A DNA stretch of 64,000 nt from Yuukianura sp. NJ FZ-2021 (lineage: Eukaryota). The position numbers were made by a program, and so were the translations under genes. Where the stretch lies: positions 3,348,001 to 3,412,000 of the forward strand of contig CM102288.1 of assembly GCA_046563655.1 (NCBI GenBank), written 5' to 3'. Below the pieces are notes generated by a model. That model ran no database searches and had not been told where the DNA came from. It was given only the letters and a program-made list of their open reading frames with translations. Of the stretch, positions 27,639 through 40,196 are shown in pieces. Numbering within the stretch: the first letter of the stretch is position 1; each line of letters opens with the position of its first letter.

Positions 27639-28135
27639 ATGGCAAAAGTTGTTGTAGCTGCGTTTCTTATTTTTGGTTGCGTTTCTTTACAGGCCCAAGA
27701 TGTTGACAAATTGTGCAAGCAAGTCTATACCGATTGCCAAGCCTGTTCTGTTTTTAAGGTAATTTCGAAATGCCTTGTTGCAAAAACTTTTTGAAAAACT
27801 TCATTTTTTGAAAATATTTTTTCGTTTAGTCCGAATGTGCTGACCAAGGTCGCCCTGCTGTAAACAGGCCTAGGCCTGAACGACCTCAACATCCGGAACC
27901 ATCCCCTACTCAGCCACCCACGCAAGCACCACAAACTGATCGCGTAATTTTCCGATTTCAAAGTTTTGAAAATTTTAGAAATATTGATTTCAAATTTTTG
28001 TTCCAGCCCTCGACACAATGTATACCAGACAACAGAGGATGTACTGTGAGCGATGAGTGTTGCAGCGGAACTTGTAAAGTTGAACGAATTCAAATGAACG
28101 GAAACGACTACATCATTCGATTGTGTCGCTCATGA
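27639..28135 (+). CDS. Small secreted Cys-rich protein (120 aa): signal peptide, 4-Cys module, Pro/Thr linker, C-terminal inhibitor-cystine-knot-like domain
   Basis: Three phase-0 exons 27639-27758, 27830-27943, 28007-28135 (GT-AG): MAKVVVAAFLIFGCVSLQAQDVDKLCKQVYTDCQACSVFK|SECADQGRPAVNRPRPERPQHPEPSPTQPPTQAPQTDR|PSTQCIPDNRGCTVSDECCSGTCKVERIQMNGNDYIIRLCRS*. TATTTAAA at ~27580; AATAAA at ~28238. Confidence 0.8.
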
Positions 28136-30379
28136 AAAAAACGATGCTGCTCCAGCGATTAGCAGCGTAGGTGTAAATTTAGCAGCGTCAGCGATTCTAA
28201 TATCGTCAACACAGATGTCTATGAGGTTTTAATTGTGAATAAATTACATTTTTTTTTTCAAAGAATTAGGTACGGTGTGACCTTTTGTTTGAAATGTACA
28301 GAAAAAATGTAGTTGTTTCCTTTGTGGTTTTCGAAATTCAGCGATTTGAAAAGAGAACTGAAATTGCACCCAGCCCTTCCATTTCAAATCAATTGAGTCA
28401 CGGACCATTTCCTTCTGGATTTTCCATTGTGTAACCCACGTCCATTGTCCTTTCCACCACAAGGCCCCTTCTCTCTTCATATTGTAGTGCCCTTCAAGGG
28501 CTCCGAGTCTCTTCCGATCATATCAAGGCTCTCAGCAATCTTTTTCCAGGTGAATTGATGACACCTTCGCCAAAGCATCGAAAAATTTATATTTTCCATC
28601 CAAAATAGATATTTTCAAAATCGAAATTCAAAATTTCAATTTATTTTTATGGAATATGTTCAGGACGTATATTTTGGAAATGAAAAACAGGTTAACAATA
28701 GATTGATGTACCCATGGGCTAAGTAGATGCTTCCGTTGATGAGCCATCATCCGGTCAGGTGTGACGAAGAGGACACTGCAAATAAGTGATCAGTTGATTA
28801 AGGGCTTCCGGAACCTAATCTGCAGAGGAGCAGTAATTCTAAGGGCATTCTACAGATGAAGTACCCCCTCTCTCTGTCGGGTCCCTTGAAAAATCCAATT
28901 CATCATTCAGGTAAATATTTAATTAACAATAGACGCAGATGGCCCCTTTGAGGAAGAAGCTTAGCACTGTGTGTCACCGCCGCGGTGACGCTTAAAATTT
29001 CCGTCTATTTCAAGTCTAAAATCCACACAATTTTGCAATAGTTTCCGTAGAGAAAGGATTTGGTTTTAATTTTATGGCGTTAAAGTTAGTATTGTTAGAA
29101 AAAGAAGAAAAACAAAACAAGCATGCTTCTTTAATTTAAAAACCTCATTTTCTTTTTTCAATTTTTCAATATTGTACTTTTTTTTTTGAAGATTGCGACT
29201 TCTGAACACTGGAAAAAGACAAAGGTCACGCCAGGTCGCGTGACCTGGAAGGACGGAAGTGTGTGATTGAGTGGCCTATTAACTTTCTCCCTGTCCATTT
29301 CCAGTTTAGTTTCAACAGATTCATGAGTTATCATTTTCAGCAGCAGCAGCAGCATTTTTCATTGCTCATGAAAATGTTCAACACAAACAGCAACTGGAAA
29401 GCATTTCGTGCTGCTCGTGCCAAGTCCAAGGTTTGGACGAAACCAATTGTCTTTGCTTTCCTTGATTAGTCACGCTGATTTCTATTGTTGTGCACTTTGG
29501 CCATGGCCAGGTGCTTCTTTCACAATGGGGACAATATAGAACATACAAAATCGTTCAAGATTTTCAGCGATTTTTAAAAATCGCTTGCTCCTGTACATTC
29601 AAAATTGATGGATTAATCGCTTCCTTGAGTTTCTGCTGGATTCGAAAGAAAATGAAATCAACTGAAGCGTATAGGAATTGGACTTTTCTGTAGCTCAAAA
29701 GTGATTGGCTGTTGAGCACTGTATGCTGGGCTGCAGTGCTTTCACTGTGTACAGACCGTGGGAAAAAACTGTGAGAACTTGTTCACCTGTTTTCCATTTC
29801 TTGTCCTCCGTCGTGCCTATCACTTTACTTTTACTCACAGAGAAAGCACAAAAGCATCTCAAAAGCATCTGAAAACCATCTGAAAAAGTAGCAAGAGAAA
29901 ATCGCTTCTTCCTACCACCATGTCTATCTTCCGAATCGATTTTTCAGCGCTGATAAATTTAATCGCTTCCCATTTCAAATCGCTTCTGAAGTTTCTAAAG
30001 AAACATACAAAATGCTATGACTCAGGAATTTTTTCCTTTTATTGTGTTCTAATCACATTGTACAGTTTCCTATTTTTTCATGTTTCCAATTTGTTGCACA
30101 ATGAATGCCGTGTCCTCAAAGAAATTTGGTGGTTTTCTTCTAAATTTTTTATTAAAGCAAATTGCTTCCTAAAATTATAATTGAATTTGCAAACAAAATT
30201 ATAATGACTAGGTTGTTAGCAAATCACACAAAAATGAGTATTTTAAGGAACGGAACAACTGAATTGCACAAAAATTTCGAACTGATTAGTTTTTTAAAGC
30301 TAAAGGTGTTTAGTAAAAGTTAATTGGTTTGTACAATTTCATTTACAGGCTATCCAAACACAAAAAGACTAAAAACTTT

Positions 30380-31252
30380 TTAGTTTTCATCCAGAAATGT
30401 TGTTCCACTAGACAGGGATTTTCCGGTGTTAGGATTTTCGGGTGTCCACACTTTGGCAATCATGACTGACCCACAACGATTTCCTTTTTCACTCATCCAA
30501 GACAGAGAGTGACCTCCGATCAAACCAAAGTCACCCCCTGAAAGTGAAATTGAAACGAAAGTTAAAATTTTGATTAATATTTCCAAAAAAAAGTTCAAAT
30601 TTTTTCATACCTCGATGACTTTGGACCACAATTTTCTTGGGGGCTTCAGGGACTGGCCCTTTGGGTTCAATTCCACTCTTGTCTGCTTTCACAACTTGAG
30701 ACAAAAACGTAATGTATTCAATTGCCACTTTCAGTGTGTCTACTTTGCTCATGCGCTTTTCGTAAGGGCGCATGGGAATGTGTGCTCGGAGCCCTTCGAA
30801 AGCATCGTTGATACTCTGCATTCGTTTCCTTTCCTTTTTGAAAGAAAAGACAAGTTTTTTTTTTTTGAAAATTTAATTCTCTTGGGGGTACTTAAAAAAC
30901 TTACGCGCATATTGGCTGCTTGGCGTTGCTGAATTTGTTGCTGTGGACAGCGTCTCCTTCGTCGTCGAGCTCCACGGCCTCCGTTGTTTTCTTGATCGCT
31001 AAGAGCCGAACTGGAGAGTTGTGACCTGGAGTCATCCAGAAGGTCATCTTCATCCTCATCATCAGCTTCGTCGTCCATATCCATCATGTCAATGGAACTT
31101 GAGTTGTCACTGTGGCCATGGATATGATGGTGACAGAAAGCCGAGTCACTCGTCACGCCAAAGTGCCCTGAGTCAAAAAACTGACGGTGAATAGCCGACT
31201 CCATGTCGAGGTGACTGTGATGGTCCATCATGCTCATTCCAGTGTTGTACAT
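30380..31252 (-). CDS. Ptf1a: bHLH transcription factor PTF1A / 48-related 1 (Fer1) ortholog
   Basis: Exons 31252-30905, 30833-30611, 30537-30380. [49 protein letters not shown] bHLH, plus the PTF1A-specific RBPJ-binding motifs HSLSW and AKVWTPE. Confidence 0.93.
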
Positions 31253-31945
31253 CTTCTTCCCCAGTCAAAATCAAAGTCAATAGGTCAAAGGTCAGTTTCA
31301 CGAGGGACTCACTTCAGTTGCTCGTTGCCCCGCAAAGAATGCAGTTTTCATGTTGTGAACTTACATAAAGTTTTCTGAAGTCTTTTCTTCGAAGAATTCC
31401 GATTTACAAGACCAGAAAAAGTATTTCGGATATTTTATTTTTCGAAAAAAGGAAAAGTGAGAATATGTGAAATTTTAAATCACGTTTTGTTGTGAAGTGA
31501 TGAACTGTGTGAGGTCGTGACCTATTGTTGGAAACGTGTTTGTTGAGTGGTGACAGACGACTGAGCGGAGGTCACACGTGACTGAGCAGTAGCCGTGAAT
31601 TAGGGATTTGATGCTGCCACTCTGCCACTTGTGAAACTCAAATGGAAAGTGTTTGGATTGTTTCTGGATTGTGGACAAATAATACCCGGGTAGAAAATCC
31701 GAGGCTGGGAAAGCAGGCACTTGCTCACTTTCGCTTTTCGGTTCCCCCTTTCTAGAAAGCAGAGCAGAGGGGCGTGGCCAAGTCGCGTGGCCCCTTAGCC
31801 TTCTGGAACATGAAATACGCCCTCCAAAACTCACCCATGCTCTGCTGTTTTTGTTATTTGAACAAATTCTAAAACAAAATACTTTGAAAATTGTGAAAAT
31901 GGAGAAGATGAGAAACCGTCCAACTTATAACTACGACACTAAATG

Positions 31946-33082
31946 TCATTCGAGGTCAATGAACTTTGAATTTTTGGTGAGCCACTGAGAACATTTTTCT
32001 TTGATCACTTGCAATTGGTACCAATCTGGGCATCCCTGGACAGTGTCAAGGTTCCTTCTTGAGTCATAGTTGATTCCAGTGATTTCAAAATCAGAGGTCA
32101 TCAGTTGAGGAATCCAAATTCCAGAGAGTAAATCAGTGTCGATTATTTTTGTAGAAGCTCTCTGTCTTAAATCTTTTAAGCGTTCCAGTTCAGTTTTCGG
32201 TGGATATGAATTCCGCTTCCAGAATCTGGCAGTTGAATTTTTCTTTTTTGTCTTCTTTGCTGACCTTTTGATCTTGAACTGCCAGTAGTCGTCAGCATTT
32301 TGACACAATTCAGGAATAGGACTAATGTCACCTTTCAAATAAAAAGTCACAAGCTGGTGTGAATGATACCTGATCAATACAGTTATTCAGTGATGTTACC
32401 CAAAATTTCTTGTAGGCGGTGTTCAAACTGTGCAGAATTTTCAACTTCGAGTTCAATTCCAACCTTCGAGGTTGTCTGCACCATGGTGTCGTTTTTTCCA
32501 ATTACTTTCACTGGAGCGTTTGCATTTTCCGGGTTTGGCCCAGAGGTGTCACCAATCCTCTGACTCTTCAGAAACTTTCTCCTGTCGGACGCTTCACCTA
32601 TACCGCAACGCTGGTTTCCTTCCAAAAAGTAAATATGTTTCAAAAAATGCAAAGACTCAGAAATGCTAACTGATGACACGGAACTGACCTTGACCTCTGT
32701 TGACCTTTGGATACTTCAGCTCCAAAGCCACTCTGTTGTTAATTTCTAGTAACTCTCGTGCTTTTTCCAAAACAAATCGACTTCGTTCCTCCACTGTTTC
32801 CAATTTTGTTGGTCCAAATTCAAGTTCTTTTAAAATCCGCTTCTTCAGTACCCAAATTCCCCTAAAATCAAATTCTTCCAAGTGAATTCTTTCTTTCACC
32901 TCGATTTTTGGCACTGGAACTGCCACTTCTGGTTTAAAAGGTACTGGAAAAACAGCGTCCACTTGGAAATCCCCCGGGGGGTCAGGACCTGCCAAGGTCA
33001 AGTGGCTCAGAAGTGGAAGGCAAGGGGAAATTAAGTCCGGGGCTAACTGGAATCGCTGCGGGAGAGCGCTGCTACTGGCCAT
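31946..33082 (-). CDS. Uncharacterised protein (~330 aa, 3 exons); start may lie further upstream (frame open to 33394)
   Basis: Exons 33082-32689, 32618-32400, 32331-31946 join in frame through two phase-1 GT-AG introns. Ends ...CPDWYQLQVIKEKCSQWLTKNSKFIDLE*. No domain recognised. Confidence 0.6.
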
Positions 33083-35008
33083 GGAACACCTATGATCCAA
33101 ATCAGCCCAACTAAAACAATCAGCGATCCTCCTGAGAATGTAGAGCCTATTGTTATTGTGTTGTTTCTCTCCTCTTTTGTTTGTATTTCGAGGTGCCATT
33201 CTCCAGGTATTGATTTCACTTTTGCCAAAAACTGTAACCATTTTGGCGCTGGATCGAAATGGATCTCTGCATGGTGTCCCATCCAGAAATTGTCCATCCT
33301 TGATTTGATATTTTTGATGTAGGGAAAGTAGGGCTGTAGAAAGTAAGCCACAGCAGCGTCTCATCACTTGCGATGAAATATTTGACCAAGTCACGAACCG
33401 ACAAGTGACATCAACCCGTGCGAACCAATTTCAAGTCACATTATCAAAACATTTTATCAGGCTGAAGTGACCACCGATTTCAGTTCAGTTTTAGCAGCGG
33501 ATTGGCTGACCAACCAACATTCAGCGTTCAATTTAAAGCAAAACGCTCAGCTTTTTTAAAACTTTGCAACCAAGTTTTTGATTGCGAATGAACGCACAAT
33601 GAAAACTGAAGTAGCAAACGGTGATCAGGAAGATACATTTTCGTAAGCGGGGTCAAAGGTCACTAGAAAACGTAAGTTTTTCACCATCAAAAAACTTACA
33701 GTAAAAGTACAAAATTTCGTCCAATTTATTTCGACTTTAGTTTTCATTTTAGTACACTCACTCATCAGTTAATTCCTTTTTGTGTCAAAGCAATTTTGAA
33801 TTTTGACCAGGTTAGCTTAGGTAGCTGAGAAATTGTAAATTTAAAATTTTGAAATTTGTAATTACATATCTGACAAATTGAAACTTTAGTATTTTCCGAA
33901 AACTTCAATTTTCAATGTCCAAGCAGAGGAAGGTGTCAGTCAATTACAGACATTTGGACATCCAATTTCCGCCTCATAAATGTATCCTCAAATGTGTCCA
34001 GTAATTTCCTTCCATGTCCAATGTCCAACGTGTCCCACTCACAACTGTCTTTACGTCTGTTTCTGTTTTAGATTTCTTGTGTTAGGGACACTTTGGTTTG
34101 AAATTATTGATGAGACTACTGGATAGATGCAGGAACTATAGTTTTAGTACTACTGTTAGTCCGAAACACGCAAAAGAGTAACGACTTCGTTCGTGTTTAT
34201 TTGTTTCCTAATGGGAATTCAAGTGGAGGCCACCACCATTTAAAGCTCGCCATTCCGGAAATGGAATTTCCAAAAAACGGATTCCCAAAAAGACAAAGAC
34301 GGAGGTGGACACAGGACGGTGACGTGACAGTTGCAAAAAATTTGCACAAGGAGACAAAGGCTGCACGAGGCAAGGAAAAGAATGGAATTCGACATTTTCG
34401 CAAATTAGGGAAATCTAGACCTTTCCCTTACTTTTTTTTTGAGAAAGTAAAGTTCTTTTGTGTGTTGCGGTGCGAACTTTGCAAAAATGAAGAGAAAAGT
34501 TTGTGCATAATTCAACGCAAGTTCGATCACTTTCTTTTAGAATTTGGAGGGTGAAGGATACGAACCCATAATTTTTTCATTTCAAAAAGTTACGAAAAAT
34601 CGACAATTGCTTGAAAATTTGGGTAGGTGTGGCCTTAAGCTGATGAAATTGAAAAATATTTTTGAAAAGTACAAGTTATATTTGAATTTAAATTCTATTT
34701 GAACCTGGCTAGAAATTGACGAGGACAAAGTTGACAAGTTGTCGAGTGAGGAGTGATGCTAGTGAAACCTGATCAATTATGTATTGGTAGGCAGAGGTTT
34801 GACTCAATTCACGCAACTCTGTTTGACCAAATTTTGAAAAAGTAGTCGAGCATTTGCAACTTTCTCCCAGTGACGCTCCAGACCTTGTCCAGTGTCCACG
34901 GTGTCCGATTTTGAAAAAAAAAAAACGTCATCTGTCCAAAGTCCTCTAATTTTCGAATTTCAAAATTTTGACTTTCTAATGCCTCCAGGCTTTTCTGGTG
35001 CTGGAACC

Positions 35009-38000
35009 ATGTACAGTCAAAACAATAACCGAATCATTACCAAATACTCGGAGTTTTTGAAGGAGCAGGAAGTCATAACACCAGCCTTTGAGCCACCAAC
35101 TGTTGACGCCACTGCCGGCAGTGGGACTCGTCCCACCACACCCACCAAACACGTAATTGAAATCACCCGATTTTACTCTTTTGAAGGTGAAAGTGACTCG
35201 GGTAGAGAAAGTACGCCAGCACATACTGCTTCTACCGTGACTGTAACGAGTGCCCAAGTGCATAACATTGACAGTGAAGCTGAAAGTGGGGTTGACCAAT
35301 CGTCGGATTCCATGATGACTCTACTCCCTCCAGAACATTTTTCAAGCAGTAAATTCTCCGATTTGTTCAACAGTTCGCAAAGTCATGCGCTTCATCAGCG
35401 TGACCTTTTGATTCAGTCTGAAGATGGAAGCTTTCTGCGAGATGCTAGAAATGACCACAAAGTATTCCATAGTGACGAGGTCAACAGGCCTTTGGAGGTC
35501 ATTCCAGAAAACTTTCTGCATGACCTTGACCTTGAGGGGACAAATGACCTCAGTGCCAAACCTGCCGACAAATCTCCAACCAGAAGTCAGTATTTCAAAG
35601 GAAAAGGAGATCGCGCTGATGCTGGATCCCTGGGGCAGTTCTACACTGGCTCAATCGCTTCTTCCTCATTGGCCGAAGCAGAAGTGACGCTCAGAAGAGA
35701 ACTGCTCAGCAACATCAGAGCCATTTCAAAAGCAACTTTCTTTGAGAACTTGTACACGGACCATGGCGAAGTTGGAGGTAGTGCTGGCAGTATCAGTAGT
35801 GACACCAATAACAATCCCAATTCGGCAGCACATCACCAAGAACTAGAAGCGTTGTTAAGACTAGCCAACGACTCTCCGCACCACTCTGTTGTTGTAGCAG
35901 AGTCGGACAAAGACGGCCTTTTAGTTTTTGAGGAACAGAAATCTCCGAAGCATCAAAAAACTGACGATACTGCTGAAGTTGAGGATCCACCGCCTCCTCA
36001 TGTGTCCCTTGACCCCGACAAAGAAACGTCCATAACCCAATGGATCTTGAATTCGCAACATGAGTCTGATGCTGAACCGGCAGTTGATGAAATGTTGCCA
36101 GAGGTCACGTACAGGTCACCTGAGTACAAACTTGAACCAACAATGGGTGACATATTGCCAGAGGTCACTTACAGGTCACCAGAGTACGAACCGGACAAAG
36201 CTGAAGATCCACCACAGGCATCGCCTACAGAAGAAGCTAAAGAGGCTGACATTCATGTTGTCTCAATTGGTTCAAATTCGGCTCCAAATGCAACTCCGCT
36301 CCAGGATCTTGTCCAGCCCATGGAAACTGCAAAAGATTCTGAAGAGTTGGCCAATCAAGAAGCACAAGTGACTAACGAATCAGAATCAGTACCTGCCAAT
36401 GCGCAGACGCAAGAACCAATTGACGACAAAACTCACGACGAAATGTCAGACAACGCCACGGCTGAAGGTAGCACTAGCAGCAGCGGAGAGTCCGATACTG
36501 GCAGCATCGGAGCTGGACAGTTTACCCCCTTGTTCAGCCGAGTTCACATTGAAAGTGACACAAAAGATAAGCGCGATCGCTTGCCTCTTTCGCATGCCCC
36601 GGGTCACTTGACACCTTCAACCATTCTAACACTCCCGGGAGCTCTAAATAGCGTGTCCATCACAGTTCTCAATCCTTTGAATATTAAACAGGTTCGGTAT
36701 CCCGCTGTTCTTCCGAAACGACTCTCTCCGATTTACCCCGAAGATGAACGAGACAGCAGGAATCGACGTGGATTTGGCGGAAATGTACCTGGAGTTCTAC
36801 GGAGACAAAACATGGATCAGTGGGTGGCCAAAATTGTTCGGTTTTATATCAATGGGGATGAGCATTTACCGAGATTCGAGTATCGGTTCCGTCCTGGACG
36901 GGATGTCCATAACTTCGATGGCCTCTGTGACATTTTGTCTGAGCGACTCAAGTTACCCCGTGGAGTAAGATACATCTTTACTCTGCATGGTGACCCGATT
37001 GAGACGCTGGATGATCTCAGACATGAACATGCTTATGTGGTGTCGTCAATTAAAAAATTCAAGGTAAATTATCATGTTAACTGTCATGATTTTTCTAAAA
37101 TTTTCCTCATTTTTTGAGAAATGGCAACTTACATCACCCCTGTTGTGCACTGACGCATGTTTTACTAGATAGATGTCAAAAAAACGTGACATGTTCTTGA
37201 ACACTGCAGTAGTCAGGAAAGTTAAACTCGAAAATTTTCAAAAAGAAAAAAAAAGTTCAAACAGATTTTTGAAAACTAGATTTCCTATTAAAAATAGACA
37301 TAATTTAGCATAGAGAAGCAGAAAAGACAGTTCTGGGAAGACAAATTAGTTAATTAGCACTTTTTTCCCTAAAGTCTCGTCAACATAAACAGACAAGAAT
37401 TATAATAATTTGCACAAGAGATTAACTAAATTTCGTAGTAAAGAAAACGACGTTCTCGAGAAGTAACCTGTTTACAATTTTTTTGTGACGCACACCAGTA
37501 GTTAGTTACCTGCCTCAAGCGTTACACGAGAAGAGTCAGAAAATGTTTGCAAAAAAAATTGTGAAATGTTGACTTGCTCGTGATGTTTGCCAAAAAAACT
37601 GAACCTGAAATGATCTCCTCCCCAAAAACAATTTTTTCGCTTCACGAAATTAAAATTCTACGAACGTTATAAATTGTGCAATTTTTACAACCAGTTTGCC
37701 AGTCTCAAAGTGGCAACGTTATCAAAGAGTTGAGCTAGTTTGCAAGTTTGCAAAAATTCTCAGCTTAGCAAACATTTTACAAGGCCACTGTTTCGCTAAA
37801 GATGCTAACCAAACTGTATTCACTTTTGAAGGCCTTGAACTACGGTGGCGAAGTTGTCGAAACTGGAACAGGAGAAGGAAACGGCAAAGGTACTTGTGCT
37901 AGTAGCAAGCGCCGAAGTCGCAGTAGACCACCATCGGCTCCATCCAATAGAAAGCCACCAATCATAAGAGTCCGAAGAGAAAGGTCACTCAATGGGGTCG

Positions 38001-39336
38001 TCTGGGGGTCACCACATCAGGATTGGTCCAGCGGAAGCGAGCGAAACACAAGGCCACTTCAGCAGAGTGCTGTCGAAGCTGAAAAAGTACTCCGAGCAGC
38101 CATTGAAGAAAGCCAGGCTCTAGCACATGCTCCGACGACTGTACTCAACAAACAGATTATTCGGGTCATCAACGGTGGAGATCCAACTGTCCAGAGTCAA
38201 GTACTGCTAAATACTCGGGTGTCACAGGAGTTCCAGGAATTGGTCAAAGATTTGGGTCTGGCAGTCAAAATTCCAAGGTCTGTTCAGTCCAGGATGGAAA
38301 CGCTGACCGGTCGAGCTGTAAGTAGAAACAAAAATCAATCAAACTTTTTAAATAAACATAACTTCAAAATCAATTGAATAAAATTTTAAACAGAATAGGC
38401 AGAGAAATTTCAAAAAGTAGGTTTTCTAAATCCCTAACTTCATGAAACGCAGATAGACATACAGACGGACAGACTCGTCTGAAAACACAACTTAGGCAAA
38501 CCTGGTTTTAGGACTTATATCCCCTAATAGTAGATTTCCGAAACATATTTTCTTGTTTTTTTAAATTTCAGGTTAGTAAATCCTGTTTACCTTTTAGATT
38601 TTCATTGATTTCCGAACTCTTAAAATGTTTTTGAGCAAAATCAAGGTCAAACCTCTTTTGAAAACACGCAAAGTCTCTTTTCTCACTTTTCTATCCAATT
38701 CCTGCAAAAACCGAAAGAGATCAATACAAAACATCTCTGATACTTGCAAACTTTCTCAAATTATTAAAATTTCGAAATAAATTATCGTATTTTAACTCAA
38801 CTTACCAATTATTTCTAATGAACCGTCGTTTTCTATTCTAGATCCAGAGCTACTCTCAACTTCGATCGCAGTTGAAGGCCGGAAATGAAGCGTTCTACAT
38901 CTACAACCTGAGCGTCACTTCGACCAATTCCAGCACACGGCCTAGAGGTCACATTGATGACCAGGAGTATCGACAGAACGTTCCGTTTGGATCCATGAGC
39001 AAATCAGTTTCAAATCCAACGCTTCCAATAATTGAGTCCTCCCTAGGCAAAAAATTTCCAAATTCAATTATTCATTTGACTCCGGGCAACTATGGAGAAA
39101 AGTCAATGTCCAATAGACTTACAGTGCCGTCGTTAGGAACAAAAGCGTCTTCTTCCTCTTCCCTTCATCAAAGTAAGATTGAAGAGCAGCGTAGTACTAC
39201 AGCAGTGATGAATCAAAATACTCGTCTTACAAATTCACATCCAAATCTAAATCTTCATCAGCGTCGAAAGTCCACAAAGAAGCGATACGAAGCATCCAAG
39301 TACTTGGCACACCGCTCCAGGTCACCGTCACCTTAG
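35009..39336 (+). CDS. Tandem doublecortin (DCX)-domain protein with long acidic disordered N-terminus
   Basis: Exons ~35009-37063, 37832-38317, 38842-39336. DCX1: AKIVRFYINGD...NFDGLCDILSERLKLPRGVRYIFTLHGDPIETLDDL..EHAYVVSSIKKFK|ALNY. Divergent DCX2: IIRVINGGDP...QVLLNTRVSQEFQELVKDL...METLTGRA|IQSYSQL. No kinase domain. Start codon (34979 or 35009) uncertain. Confidence 0.8.
36074..36193 (+). repeat. Coding 60-bp (20-aa) tandem duplication
   Basis: EPAVDEMLPEVTYRSPEYKL / EPTMGDILPEVTYRSPEYEP. Confidence 0.85.
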
Positions 39337-40196
39337 AACACCAAATGCTGCCAGTCAAATTACAGCAAATGCCGGTTGTTCTAAACATTTAGAAAAAACC
39401 GGAACATACTGGGCAGACGCAGACTGACAGTAGTTTAGTTGTTTCCAAAACCAGCAACTCAACAACGACCTGAAAATGCAATAAAAACGTATTAATTTAT
39501 AGAATTTTTACACCTAATGAAATAATTATGTTAAAAATATTGGATTAGTTTATGAACCTCAGGCATCAGCGCGGAAACTTCTTCATTTTTGCAACCTAAA
39601 ATGCAAACTGATCATCAAAGTCTATATAATAATTTCAATCCGTCATATTTTAATTGTACTAAACTTTCAAAAATTGCTACTTTAATTTTGTTTAGTAAAT
39701 GCAAATACATTATTTCTTACTGTTAAATCCAACAAAGTGTTTAAGATTATAGGAATCCTTGCTATTTGTATCTTTCGAGTAAATTATAGCATCCTTACTT
39801 GAAACTTGAAGTGTTAAACTGGTGCTACACAATTTAAAATCAAAGAATAGTTATAGTTATTACTTTGATTACTATGATAGTTCTAGTAGTATGAAAAAAA
39901 AGTAACTGAAAAAATCCTCAACTTCTATTTGTCACAAATGCATAAATATATCCATATTTACCTCAAAAACCAAAGAAGGCTAAACTGAAAAACCAAAAAA
40001 CGCGTGACAAATGAACGGCTAGAAGAAAGAATTCTAAATAAAAGCTGACATTGATATTCAGAGACCCACTCAAAAATTCTGCACTTTACAAAGTCGTTGC
40101 TACAAAAAGGGCGTCCAGGTACCAATGTTCAGCTTTGAAAATATTTCTGCACACTTATCGTTGAAAATGCAATCTGAGTAGTTACTTCCTCCAGAT

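Noticed and set aside
33599..33645. Short ATG-initiated segment (MKTEVANGDQEDTF) as first coding exon of the DCX gene
   Set aside because: Its donor phase does not match the acceptor at ~34988; more likely 5' UTR or a uORF.
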